A DNA stretch of 64,000 nt from a virus (Duplodnaviria; Caudoviricetes): positions 1 to 64,000 of the IMG/VR virus record IMGVR_UViG_3300032219_001854. One strand, given 5' to 3'. The notes under the pieces are model-generated. The model searched no databases. It was given only the letters and a program-made list of their open reading frames with translations, and was not told the origin of the DNA. The first letter of the stretch is position 1, and each line of letters begins with the position of its first letter. The position numbers and the translations under genes are program-made. Of the stretch, positions 1 through 9,613 are shown in pieces.

Positions 1-1
1 A

Positions 2-415
2 AGAAATTGGTTTACCAATATATTGGAAGCTTCAGAACAGTTACCAAATTTCATGTCCTTTTCGCCTTTATGTCCAATGACACAACCTCTTTATGGAATA
101 AATCAAGATACTGGGTTGATAGAGGGGTATGATATAAGAAAGCAAATATCTGGATGGTGTATAGTTCATAAGAGAGAAATCTATAATATAATAGGGGATC
201 TTGACGAAAGATTTAGTCATTGGTTTTGTGATAATGATTATGCTATGGAGATAATCGCTAATGGAGTGAGACATGCTCTGGTTACAAAATCTATAGTAGA
301 GCATCACGATAATAACATAGGAAAGACAACAGAAAGAGTGGTTAAGGATTACGATCTAATGTATAAAATGACTAGCGGATCTTATCCTATTTTTAAAGAA
401 AAATGGAATTTATAA
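2..415 (+). CDS. Glycosyltransferase family 2, C-terminal part (5'-truncated by window edge)
   Basis: Frame is open from base 2. ISGWCIVHKREIYNIIGDLDERFSHWFCDNDY matches the GT2 pattern G-x-C...GxxDExF..y..DxD. Confidence 0.7.
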   Translation, partial: RNWFTNILEASEQLPNFMSFSPLCPMTQPLYGINQDTGLIEGYDIRKQISGWCIVHKREIYNIIGDLDERFSHWFCDNDYAMEIIANGVRHALVTKSIVEHHDNNIGKTTERVVKDYDLMYKMTSGSYPIFKEKWNL

Positions 416-425
416 AAATATCGAT

Positions 426-1046
426 ATGAAAAGGTGGGAGATAATTAATACAATAATAGAAAACAAGGGATATAAGAATTATCTAGAAATTGGGGTAAGG
501 GACGGAAAATGTTTCAAGGAGATATGTTGCGAAAATAAAATAGGCGTAGATCCTAGTCCAGTTTCAGACCACACCACACATATAATGACTTCCGATTCTT
601 TTTTTGATAGTATAGATACTGATCAGAAATTCGATATAATTTTTATTGATGGCTTGCATTTAGATTTTCAAGTCGATAAGGATATTGAAAATTCTTTGAG
701 ACATCTATCAGAGGGAGGTACTATAGTTCTTCATGATTGTAATCCGCCTACTAAATATCACGCGGCGGAGTCCCCTGTTTTTTCTGCTCCTGCCAACGGT
801 GAGTGGAACGGGACTGTATATCTTTCGTTAATAAAGCTTAGGCTATATAGAAACGATCTTAAGTTAGTTACTGTGGATACTGATTGGGGAGTTGGTATAT
901 TAACTAGGGACATAAGCGAGAGCCTTGATGTTTTTCCTAGTGACGCAACAACATGGGAATTTTTTAATGAAAATAGACAAGAAATATTAGATTTAATAAG
1001 TCCTGAGCAATTGGAAGAATTATATCCAGCTTATAAAACTGTTTAA
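426..1046 (+). CDS. Class I SAM-dependent methyltransferase (Methyltransf_24-like)
   Basis: YLEIGVRDG (motif I), DIIFIDGLH, GGTIVLHD. Confidence 0.85.
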   Translation: MKRWEIINTIIENKGYKNYLEIGVRDGKCFKEICCENKIGVDPSPVSDHTTHIMTSDSFFDSIDTDQKFDIIFIDGLHLDFQVDKDIENSLRHLSEGGTIVLHDCNPPTKYHAAESPVFSAPANGEWNGTVYLSLIKLRLYRNDLKLVTVDTDWGVGILTRDISESLDVFPSDATTWEFFNENRQEILDLISPEQLEELYPAYKTV

Positions 1047-1086
1047 TTTTGAAATTATTTAGGATAGGTAGAATATAAATTATGTT

Positions 1087-1350
1087 ATGACTATAGAGAA
1101 GGGTTATAAAATGGTTATTTATAAGCAGAATAGTAAATATTACTTAGAAATAACCAAGCACAAAACTTCCTATATGGACAATATACTTATAATAAATAGC
1201 TTCGGTAGTAAAAAATACCAGGATGTTTGGATTATAGAAAAAGACTTAACAGGATGGATACCATCTCTTAAAAGGGATGGATACGAAATAATTAAAATGC
1301 TGGAAGATGTGGAATCTCCTAAAAAGAATATTAAAAATAAAAAAAAATAA
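1087..1350 (+). CDS. Hypothetical protein
   Basis: 87-aa ORF in the co-directional gene run; no motif recognised. Confidence 0.6.
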   Translation: MTIEKGYKMVIYKQNSKYYLEITKHKTSYMDNILIINSFGSKKYQDVWIIEKDLTGWIPSLKRDGYEIIKMLEDVESPKKNIKNKKK

Positions 1351-1351
1351 T

Positions 1352-1930
1352 ATGGAAAACATAGAAGAAATAGATGTTGAGATCCTCGATAGAGAGCTTA
1401 AACCTTTCCTCTATAAATGGACTAAGGGTGATAATACTGGAACCGTTTGTGAATATGAAAGTGTTTTTAAAGATCCTACCAGTGGTATATTATGGATAAA
1501 CTTTAAAGGAGGCACTAGAATAAATTATTCAATATTGAATGAGTACATGATGCAAATAGATTCGTCATCCATAGTACACAATGAGCCAGTATCCTATAAT
1601 AATCTTCCAGTTAGAAATGTAATGCTTTCTGAATCTAAGGCTAAGGTTCCTAATTTAGAAAATCCAATAGTATCTCTGTTACAAAAACAAAAACCCAATT
1701 GGGTTGAGGTTGGTATTAATCTTAAGCTAAATCTACCTACAAAGAATCTTTATAATGTTCTAACTACTTCTTTTGAAGATGCTGAGGAGGAAATTATAGA
1801 ATTTGTTGTTAGAGATCTAGACATAGAATTAATAAAAGAGAGTCTAAGGATAAATATAAAAGATATATATAAATCGAATGGAACTTTACGAAAAAGCGGA
1901 ACAAACGGTAATACAAAAAACGAAGAATAG
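1352..1930 (+). CDS. Hypothetical protein
   Basis: Track ORF 1307..1930; ATG at 1352, right after the upstream stop, is the likelier start. Confidence 0.65.
   Translation: MENIEEIDVEILDRELKPFLYKWTKGDNTGTVCEYESVFKDPTSGILWINFKGGTRINYSILNEYMMQIDSSSIVHNEPVSYNNLPVRNVMLSESKAKVPNLENPIVSLLQKQKPNWVEVGINLKLNLPTKNLYNVLTTSFEDAEEEIIEFVVRDLDIELIKESLRINIKDIYKSNGTLRKSGTNGNTKNEE
1862..1869 (+). promoter_or_regulatory. GATATATA candidate late promoter (NUDIX)
   Basis: Exact motif, 8 nt before ATG 1878. Confidence 0.45.
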
Positions 1931-2441
1931 AGAGGTCGTAGACATAGATGGTCATTTATTCATTCGTCAGATAAATCCAGGTGTTATTATAATGCCATAT
2001 ACTCTAAACGAAGAGGGATTTCCAGTTAAGATCGGGATAATATCCGAGGTTCTAGATCAAAGACCCGGAGGAATGTCTAAAACATTAATAACAGGATCTC
2101 AAGACGATAAAGATTCCAACATATATCAAACAGCAGTTAGAGAGATGGAGGAGGAATCCGGATTTCTAGTTGAAGATCTTAAAAGATGGGATTTCTTAGG
2201 AAGTCTATACACATCAAAAATGGTTATTAATTCTAATCCTTGCTTTGCTGTAAATATTACGGGATTAGTTTCTGAAGAAAAAAAGACTGACGGATCTAAA
2301 TCAGAGAAGGACACAAAATTTGAACTAGTTTCAGTGGATGATGCTTTAAACCTAGAAGACTCTTTAGTTAGCACACTATTTATAAAAACTTTTAAAGATA
2401 TTTTTAACAGTAAAGAAGAAGAAAATGAATCTACCGAATAG
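1878..2441 (+). CDS. NUDIX hydrolase
   Basis: Nudix box GSQDDKDSNIYQTAVREMEEESGF. Confidence 0.85.
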   Translation: MELYEKAEQTVIQKTKNREVVDIDGHLFIRQINPGVIIMPYTLNEEGFPVKIGIISEVLDQRPGGMSKTLITGSQDDKDSNIYQTAVREMEEESGFLVEDLKRWDFLGSLYTSKMVINSNPCFAVNITGLVSEEKKTDGSKSEKDTKFELVSVDDALNLEDSLVSTLFIKTFKDIFNSKEEENESTE

Positions 2442-2592
2442 AAAAGAAAGAAGAAAAGCAGCTAAACAGATGGGTCTTCTTGGAAAGAAAAACGAGACTA
2501 ATGATGGGTCTAAAGAAAGAGCTAAGGTTATGGGTAACCTAATCAGGCTTAGAAATTTGACTGAGCAGAGAAATAGAAAAAAAGATAATTGA
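2425..2592 (+). CDS. Small basic protein, 55 aa (not in ORF track)
   Basis: Manual translation MNLPNRKERRKAAKQMGLLGKK...RNRKKDN*. Fills the gap between NUDIX and the 2599 ORF. Confidence 0.55.
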   Translation: MNLPNRKERRKAAKQMGLLGKKNETNDGSKERAKVMGNLIRLRNLTEQRNRKKDN

Positions 2593-2598
2593 TTTATA

Positions 2599-2925
2599 GT
2601 GTCAAATAAATCTTTTATAATTCTTAAAGCGGATAAGCTAAAAGCCTTTAACCAGGAGTCTTGTGAAAATTTTCATGCGATAGACGTTAATCTGTGGTTT
2701 AAGAATAATAATCTTACACCATCCTCAATGAACTCTATAAGACAGTATATTTTTGAAGAATGGCTTCATAAAAAAATAACTAGTTCAAAAACAAAAGTTT
2801 CTACTGGACATAAATTAGTTATAATCTACGATAGTCCTACCGATCCTTTTATTGACCTTTTGAAACATAAAATCATAGAAATTTTAGATTACGATTTTTG
2901 TGATATTGTTTTAATAGAGGAATAA
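2599..2925 (+). CDS. Hypothetical protein (GTG start)
   Basis: 108-aa ORF, tightly packed. Confidence 0.6.
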   Translation: MSNKSFIILKADKLKAFNQESCENFHAIDVNLWFKNNNLTPSSMNSIRQYIFEEWLHKKITSSKTKVSTGHKLVIIYDSPTDPFIDLLKHKIIEILDYDFCDIVLIEE

Positions 2926-2932
2926 AAAAGTA

Positions 2933-2940
2933 GGTATATA
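2933..2940 (+). promoter_or_regulatory. GGTATATA variant (start of baseplate operon)
   Basis: 4 nt before ATG 2945. Confidence 0.45.
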
Positions 2941-2944
2941 CTAT

Positions 2945-4855
2945 ATGGCAAACGGGGAACAACCTAATTATATATTATCTAAGCCTGGTAATATTAATAC
3001 AATAGACGGACTACTTCCTGCGGGAGAAATCAATTCTGATGTACAGTATTATAACACCAAAGGTATATTTGCTTTTCCTAGTGATAAAGCATTTGCTACA
3101 TATGAGCTTTCCGAGTTAAAGTATTTACCTAAGAGTTTATTTTACGATGCAGCTACTTCCGATGGTGTTTATAGAGGACTTTTTGCATATTATGTTTTAG
3201 GTGGATCTAAAGATAGAGTTAAATATCATAAATCTGAATTAACGGCAGGGTTAGAAAAAATAACCCCTAAAGCATCTAGAAATCCCACTGCAAAACAAAT
3301 AATAGATGTTGTTAATGGGGGAAGTAAGATTCCTAACTATTTAAATCCTAATAGTCCTTATAGAGGGCAAATATACAACGTTAAAGATTTTATTTTTTGT
3401 AAATATTATGGGGTTCTTCCAAACAACAGAATGGTTACTCTTAGAAGATTTGCTCATCCTACTTTAGATTCTCTTAGAGTTCTTGCTAATGATAAAATAG
3501 GTGATTTTAGCGCAACAGGTGGTACTAATGTATACAATAAAGTAGCAGAATATAATGAACCAACTGAAGCTATACAAGGCTTGGGTAAAATGCAGGATTT
3601 AAATGCTGAATATAATACATCATTACCCGTTGCACAGCTGGTTACTTTTTTTGGAGGGGATACGGGGAATACACTTAACACTATATTAGGTATAGACACG
3701 GGATTAAATTTCAGTTTACAAACTCAAGAGCCAATGAAAAATGAACAAACTGGAGATCCTGGACTTATGAATACACCTTACGGGGATTTAATAAAATCTA
3801 TTATAAGCAGTGGAAATAGCGGTATAGCTGATGCTGATATAGAGGCTACTGACAAGCTAATCGGTACTTTAATTGCTCCAGAAAAAAATATAAATAGATT
3901 ACAAAGGGCTCTTTTGGACGAAGCAGTAACCGCCGAAGGGCCTTTATCGAAGAAGATATTTGTTAACCTAAATACTGTGAATCAAGTAGCAGTTAGACAG
4001 CAAGGTTTTAGCGGAGGAACAAACGCTTTCACTTTAAATTTTCATTATACACTTAGCTCTGCAGGAGAAGTAAATTCTAAGCTATTATTTTTAGATCTTA
4101 TGACAAATGTTTTGTCTGTAGGTTCTGATTATGGACAATTTTTAACCCCTGAGATAAGAATACAACAAACAGCGGTAGGTATGGGATTCCCTGGAGGACC
4201 CGCAGGATATGTAAAATCTATAACTGATCCAGTAAATTATATAAGAGAAGTGGTTGGTAAAATGCTTTCCGCGGGTAACGTCGATAGAATTAAAGCATCA
4301 GAAACAGAAGCTAGCAGTGCGGCTTCTAAAATTTATACGGAGGTTAATCAGTTTATAAATACCGGAAAAATGCCGGACTTTGCAAATTCACAGCTTTCTA
4401 AATCTATAGCGGTGATGCTTTCCGAAGCTTTCCTTAAAAAAATATATTATAGCCCACTTATGCTTAGTGGATATCCTACAGGGGAATGGCACCTAACTGT
4501 TGGTAATCCACTAAACCCTATAGCTATGATGGGGAACCTTGTTTGTAATAATGTTAAAATTAGTTTTAATGACGAATTAGGTCCCGATGATTTTCCCACC
4601 GAAATGACAGTTAGTGTTCAGCTTATGCCAGGAAGACAAAGACATAGAGGGGATTGGGAATCAATGTTTAATAGAGGTAACGGAAGATTATACTTAGGTC
4701 AGCTTGTTGCTAGTAAAGAAAGTACTAAAGCTTGGGTTAATACACAGGGTAATTATCCTAATGATACTGATGGTAAGGATATTTATCAGATAGTCAGAGA
4801 AAATGTAGACCCCCTTACTGGAGTAGAAACTAATGCTACCGCTCCGGGTCAATAA
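2945..4855 (+). CDS. Putative baseplate/tail-tube initiator-type structural protein
   Basis: First gene of the baseplate cluster. C-terminal strands (LVCNNVKISFNDELGPDDFPTEMTVSVQL) resemble tail-tube-fold baseplate proteins (gp48/gp54-like). Function is inferred. Confidence 0.45.
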   Translation: MANGEQPNYILSKPGNINTIDGLLPAGEINSDVQYYNTKGIFAFPSDKAFATYELSELKYLPKSLFYDAATSDGVYRGLFAYYVLGGSKDRVKYHKSELTAGLEKITPKASRNPTAKQIIDVVNGGSKIPNYLNPNSPYRGQIYNVKDFIFCKYYGVLPNNRMVTLRRFAHPTLDSLRVLANDKIGDFSATGGTNVYNKVAEYNEPTEAIQGLGKMQDLNAEYNTSLPVAQLVTFFGGDTGNTLNTILGIDTGLNFSLQTQEPMKNEQTGDPGLMNTPYGDLIKSIISSGNSGIADADIEATDKLIGTLIAPEKNINRLQRALLDEAVTAEGPLSKKIFVNLNTVNQVAVRQQGFSGGTNAFTLNFHYTLSSAGEVNSKLLFLDLMTNVLSVGSDYGQFLTPEIRIQQTAVGMGFPGGPAGYVKSITDPVNYIREVVGKMLSAGNVDRIKASETEASSAASKIYTEVNQFINTGKMPDFANSQLSKSIAVMLSEAFLKKIYYSPLMLSGYPTGEWHLTVGNPLNPIAMMGNLVCNNVKISFNDELGPDDFPTEMTVSVQLMPGRQRHRGDWESMFNRGNGRLYLGQLVASKESTKAWVNTQGNYPNDTDGKDIYQIVRENVDPLTGVETNATAPGQ

Positions 4856-4867
4856 AAATTAATCATT

Positions 4868-5473
4868 ATGCTAACTATAGATATTATAAACGATAAGCCA
4901 TTTTTTACTAATCCTAATACTGAGGAGAGATATCTGGATCTAGTATCTCCTTCATGGTCTGTTAGAAATGTACAATATTCCATAAAAGCAATAGCTTTTG
5001 TTACCGACGAAACAAAAATGAGACCTGATTTAGTATCTATGCAATACTTAGGTGATTATTCTAGATTAGGAACAATGCTTAAGCTTAATAATATATCAAA
5101 TCCATTAAGTTTGGATACCGGTGAAATACTATTAATTCCGGGGGATCAAATGGTAAACGATTTATTTCAAAGTGGTAGATCCATCACAACACAGAAACAA
5201 AAAGCAAGATCATTTAGGAAAGAATTACAGGATAAAATATCTCAGGTTAGTAAAGATAGATTGGAATATCTTAATTCTAAGAACGTTTCCAATTTAGCTG
5301 GAAGTCCACTGCCTCCTAATTTATTACAAGAAGGACAACAACAAATTCTTGTTACCGAGGGAAGATTAATATTTGGTCCAGATATAGGTCAATGTAAAAG
5401 TAGATCCAAGAAGAATGTATCAGTAACTGATATAAAAACAAAATTAGCACAGAAAAACATTTTTAAAAGATAA
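4868..5473 (+). CDS. Baseplate wedge protein, gp53/LysM-like
   Basis: MRPDLVSMQYLGD...LKLNNISNPLSLDTGEILLIP matches the gp53/LysM pattern. Confidence 0.7.
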   Translation: MLTIDIINDKPFFTNPNTEERYLDLVSPSWSVRNVQYSIKAIAFVTDETKMRPDLVSMQYLGDYSRLGTMLKLNNISNPLSLDTGEILLIPGDQMVNDLFQSGRSITTQKQKARSFRKELQDKISQVSKDRLEYLNSKNVSNLAGSPLPPNLLQEGQQQILVTEGRLIFGPDIGQCKSRSKKNVSVTDIKTKLAQKNIFKR

Positions 5474-5476
5474 TAG

Positions 5477-7099
5477 ATGCCAGCAGAAATAAATATAAGG
5501 AAAGCTATATTACAGTACAGAAATCCTGATATATTTCTGGACGAGCTTAGTGTGATTGATACATCAAGTCAAGCTGGGGATTTACAATTAAATGACCAGA
5601 AATCAGGGAATGTCCAGAAAAAATATTTTGGTAAAGCTGAGCCTTTAATCAGAATAAACACCGAAATAATAGAAGGGATAGAATATTTTAAATTAGATCT
5701 TACTGGATTTAAGCCTAAACTTGTTTTTAGATTTTCAACTATGGATGAAAGATTTATATCAACATCTTATCCTAAGGACGGTGATATAGTATCAATATAC
5801 ATAAGACCTTTAGGCGAAATGTTTAAGCCAATAAGAATGGATTTTATTATCAATGAGGTGATCTCACCTTTTAACGGAGGTCCTTATACTGATTATACTC
5901 CATCCACAGGTAAATTTCAAAGTTATACTATCATGGCTGAGGTTAGAATACCTAAGTTATATAAGCACATTTGTAAAAGCTTTAATGGAAATAGCTCTGA
6001 TGCCTTATTAAAAATAGCAGAAGATCTAAATCTAGGATATGCCTCTAATGAGACCAAAACTAAAGATACGATGAATTGGTTATCTCCTAACCTAGATTAT
6101 CAAACTTTAATAAGAGATATAGTAAATAATTCTTGGCTAGGTGAGGAGGATTATTTCGATTGTTGGATAGACCAATATTATAATATAAATTTAGTAAATC
6201 TAAAAAAACAATTTGATGATGTAAATCCTAAGCTGGAAAATATGAGAGTAGCATATGGTGCTGACTCCTTTGGTGACATTTTTCCGGGAGGAGGAGCGCC
6301 TGAGACGTTTGAGATTGAATTTCCCCTTATCTTAACTAATTCTACACAGTTTAGTAAGTCTCCTATGTTTATTACTGATATGTCTATAGAGCAAAATGCA
6401 GGTAGCATAAATAAGGATCTTGGATATTTTCAAAAAATACAATTTTATGACAGTAAGCTTGTTTCAGATAAGCCTAAGAATAAGTTTGTTGAATATGATA
6501 TAGAATCGGTTACTAATAAAAATTTGGGATCTAGGGACACAATAAACAAAGGAAGACTAGGTGAAGATATTTATAAAGAGGAAATAAAGAAGACTTATGT
6601 AGGAACGATTTATTTTGACAATGTTCATGAAAATTTTCAACAGGCATCTGCTCAAAATATTTTAAATAGAAACGATTCATATAAAATAATACTTAAGGTT
6701 AAAAACAGAGCATGGACTCCTTTCCTGTATAGAGGACAAAATTTACCGGTAGCTATATTTTCAGAGGGTAGTACGACAGACGCTTCAGCATCTAGTTATA
6801 ACCCTGTTGCAGGTGAAAAATCTACACTTTCTAATTCAGCGGATAAAAGAAATATAAATGCTTTTCTTTCTGGTAATTATGTAGTTCTTGGATTTAATAT
6901 AGAGTATGATGGAACGGGAATATATCAGTCGATGATATTAGGAAAAAAACAATGGGCACTTAATCCTGGTCTTGCATCAGAGCCTGTATCTCTAGATCCT
7001 AAGATATTTGATGCTGACTTTAATGATTTAGCTAAAAATGTTTCGTTTAATGTTCAAGAAAACACACAAAGGCTTAAAAGCGACATATATAATACTTAA
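5477..7099 (+). CDS. Putative baseplate hub protein (gp27/late control D-like)
   Basis: Lies between gp53-like and gp5-like genes; SSDALLKIAEDLNLGYASN segment is hub-like. Confidence 0.5.
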   Translation: MPAEINIRKAILQYRNPDIFLDELSVIDTSSQAGDLQLNDQKSGNVQKKYFGKAEPLIRINTEIIEGIEYFKLDLTGFKPKLVFRFSTMDERFISTSYPKDGDIVSIYIRPLGEMFKPIRMDFIINEVISPFNGGPYTDYTPSTGKFQSYTIMAEVRIPKLYKHICKSFNGNSSDALLKIAEDLNLGYASNETKTKDTMNWLSPNLDYQTLIRDIVNNSWLGEEDYFDCWIDQYYNINLVNLKKQFDDVNPKLENMRVAYGADSFGDIFPGGGAPETFEIEFPLILTNSTQFSKSPMFITDMSIEQNAGSINKDLGYFQKIQFYDSKLVSDKPKNKFVEYDIESVTNKNLGSRDTINKGRLGEDIYKEEIKKTYVGTIYFDNVHENFQQASAQNILNRNDSYKIILKVKNRAWTPFLYRGQNLPVAIFSEGSTTDASASSYNPVAGEKSTLSNSADKRNINAFLSGNYVVLGFNIEYDGTGIYQSMILGKKQWALNPGLASEPVSLDPKIFDADFNDLAKNVSFNVQENTQRLKSDIYNT

Positions 7100-7104
7100 A
7101 AGAT

Positions 7105-9591
7105 ATGGCAGATTTTTTATCGGATTTCGGAGGATCATTAGGAGACAAGGTTCTTCCTAATGGCAAGGCACTTAAAAGAAAAATAGACTCGAAGAGGGAA
7201 ACTTGGTTAAAGGGTATATCATCTACGAAATATGGTAAAAAAGAGGATCCTACTTATTTACATTTTAGATTTATTTTCGATTTTGCGGAGAGTTCGGAGA
7301 TGGATCCAGAGACTTTTCTTGCACCCTCTCCACTTTTTAAATCTGCATCTGCAGAGGATACAGAATCGGCTTCTTCTTTAGCATCTGCAAATTTTCAGGC
7401 AGGTGGATCTGCTCAACAACAAGCTGATGCAATAAAGAATGCTGGAGTTGATGCTTCAAACTTTAACTTCTCAACTACTACTGATTTTTTCTATGGAAGT
7501 AAATCCAGAATAAATTCTAGAGCCGAGCAAGGATTTTTTAATATAAATGGCGGGGGAGTAGGATACATGGGAGCTCAGAATTTCTTAGCTCAAAGATCTA
7601 CTAAAAGAAAAGAAATGCTGGAGGCATTTAAAAAGGGATTAAGATTCATAAACGAAAAATGTCCCTATTATTTCCAATCTATAAGCGGTCTAGATCAGCT
7701 ATTAAAAGTTGATATAAAGAATTTACATAAACCTGGGGGAAAGCCTCAAAGAATGGGTACTTTAAATATAGAATGTCTGGAGTCTATTGATATGAGGATA
7801 TTTGCATTAGCGGAGCTATATAGAAAAGCAATATATGATTATACCTATCATAGAGTAATGCTCCCTGAGAATCTTAGAAAATTTAGAATGTGGTTAGTAG
7901 TATCTGAGATTAGAAATGTACAATTATCATACGGGATAAACGATGTATTAAATCCTTTCTCTATACCATCAGTAGCCCAAGGTGCTAATTTTCTAGATAG
8001 CTTCAATACACAAACTGGATTATTGGATAATGCTGCTGGATTATTACAGAAATCTACAAACCAGGACGAAGACCAATACGGATCTTACGAGTTAGGTCCA
8101 TATGCTTTTCTTTATCAGTTTGATCAATGTGAATTTGATTTTGATGAATCCTACCCATCTTTTGCCACGATAGACAATAAAGGGGGATCCGCAGTTACAA
8201 ATAAGTTTAAAATACACGTAGGTAGGGTTAAAGATTATAAAATACAATTTAATTCCCTAGCTGATATAATGCAAAAGGACGATAATATAAAATCTATGGT
8301 CCTAGCTGATGTTTGGGGCTCTTTAGCAGGGGGTACAGGAGGTAATTATGTTAATTATGATTATGACAAATCATCGGGTATAGCATCTGTTGATTTTTCA
8401 AGTGAACCAAATCCAGCAGAATATTTTGCTCAGATGGCTTCTAATTTTATAACAAATAGTGTTGCTGATCTTAAGGATCAAGGAGTACAGGTATTGCAAG
8501 GAGCTTTACTAGGTAATATTTATGGATTAGGGGGATTAAATCCAGGAGCAGCAGCAAGAAGTGCACAATCCCTAGTTAATACTTTAAAAGCAGGAATACC
8601 CAATCCTTTTGAAGATAATGGTCCACAAGCTCAAGGATTAGGAGGTCCTGGACAAAGACAATATCCGGAAATTAGTGAGGATGTTGATGAATATAAAGGA
8701 GTGCCTGGTGCATCCCAACAAAATCTAGGTACTGCTTACAGCGGTACTCCTGGTACTCCTGGTACAGCTAGTGGTGATGTTTATGCAAATAATCCAGGAT
8801 CTGATTTAGGATTACCAGATAGGCAATATCCTAAGCCAGGGGGTGATGAATATAAGAATGTACCTGGATCTGATTCAGGAGTTCCTGGTAGGGTTTATCC
8901 ATTAGTAAAAGGAGACGTTTATCTCACAAATCCTGGACCAGACTCAGGATTACCTAATAGACAATATCCTGTAGCAAACGGAGATGAATACAACGATGTT
9001 CCTGGATCTAGTCTAGGAGTACCTAATAGAGTATATCCTGAACCTAATGATGATGCTTATCCAACTAACCCGGGAGCTGATCTAGGATTACCTAATAGAC
9101 AATATCCTCCTGTAAACGAGGATGTTTATCCTGATTCACAATCAATAGAAACAAACGACATAGGTAAGGTTTATCCAGATGCTAGTAGCAATTATGGTAA
9201 TATAAGTGAGAAGGAATACGAGGATCCGCAGGTTTCCACTTTAAACGAAAATATCGGGGACGTTTACCCGGATACAACAAATAAGTATCCAGAGGTAAAT
9301 GAAAAGGTCTATAAGGAAAATATAGAATTAAAAGATGAATCCTTAGGCGAAGTATACAAAGAATCAAAGAATGTTTACCCTAGTGTTAATGATACTGCTT
9401 ATGAGGATTCTATAAGAATGAATAGCTCTTTGAATGAGGATGTTTATAGAAATGTACCAGGAAGAGATTTAGGGACTCCAGGAAGAAATTACGAATCTAT
9501 AAATGATGATCAATACAATATTTCGAACAGACCTATTAATGTAGCTAATATAGGAAGAGTATATCCTGGTTCAAAAAATGAAAACAATTAG
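7105..9591 (+). CDS. Structural protein with C-terminal tandem repeats
   Basis: 828 aa within the baseplate operon; repeat-rich C-terminal third. Confidence 0.55.
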   Translation: MADFLSDFGGSLGDKVLPNGKALKRKIDSKRETWLKGISSTKYGKKEDPTYLHFRFIFDFAESSEMDPETFLAPSPLFKSASAEDTESASSLASANFQAGGSAQQQADAIKNAGVDASNFNFSTTTDFFYGSKSRINSRAEQGFFNINGGGVGYMGAQNFLAQRSTKRKEMLEAFKKGLRFINEKCPYYFQSISGLDQLLKVDIKNLHKPGGKPQRMGTLNIECLESIDMRIFALAELYRKAIYDYTYHRVMLPENLRKFRMWLVVSEIRNVQLSYGINDVLNPFSIPSVAQGANFLDSFNTQTGLLDNAAGLLQKSTNQDEDQYGSYELGPYAFLYQFDQCEFDFDESYPSFATIDNKGGSAVTNKFKIHVGRVKDYKIQFNSLADIMQKDDNIKSMVLADVWGSLAGGTGGNYVNYDYDKSSGIASVDFSSEPNPAEYFAQMASNFITNSVADLKDQGVQVLQGALLGNIYGLGGLNPGAAARSAQSLVNTLKAGIPNPFEDNGPQAQGLGGPGQRQYPEISEDVDEYKGVPGASQQNLGTAYSGTPGTPGTASGDVYANNPGSDLGLPDRQYPKPGGDEYKNVPGSDSGVPGRVYPLVKGDVYLTNPGPDSGLPNRQYPVANGDEYNDVPGSSLGVPNRVYPEPNDDAYPTNPGADLGLPNRQYPPVNEDVYPDSQSIETNDIGKVYPDASSNYGNISEKEYEDPQVSTLNENIGDVYPDTTNKYPEVNEKVYKENIELKDESLGEVYKESKNVYPSVNDTAYEDSIRMNSSLNEDVYRNVPGRDLGTPGRNYESINDDQYNISNRPINVANIGRVYPGSKNENN
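8773..9117 (+). repeat. Five coding tandem repeats of 69 bp / 23 aa, alternating A/B types
   Basis: GDVYANNPGSDLGLPDRQYPKPG / GDEYKNVPGSDSGVPGRVYPLVK / GDVYLTNPGPDSGLPNRQYPVAN / GDEYNDVPGSSLGVPNRVYPEPN / DDAYPTNPGADLGLPNRQYPPVN, with degenerate copies on both sides. Confidence 0.9.
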
Positions 9592-9613
9592 TAATATTTA
9601 GGTATAATTACAA

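Noticed and set aside
8773-9117. CRISPR array or DGR template/variable repeat
   Set aside because: The repeats are in frame, vary at synonymous positions and have no spacers; no cas or reverse transcriptase gene is in the window.
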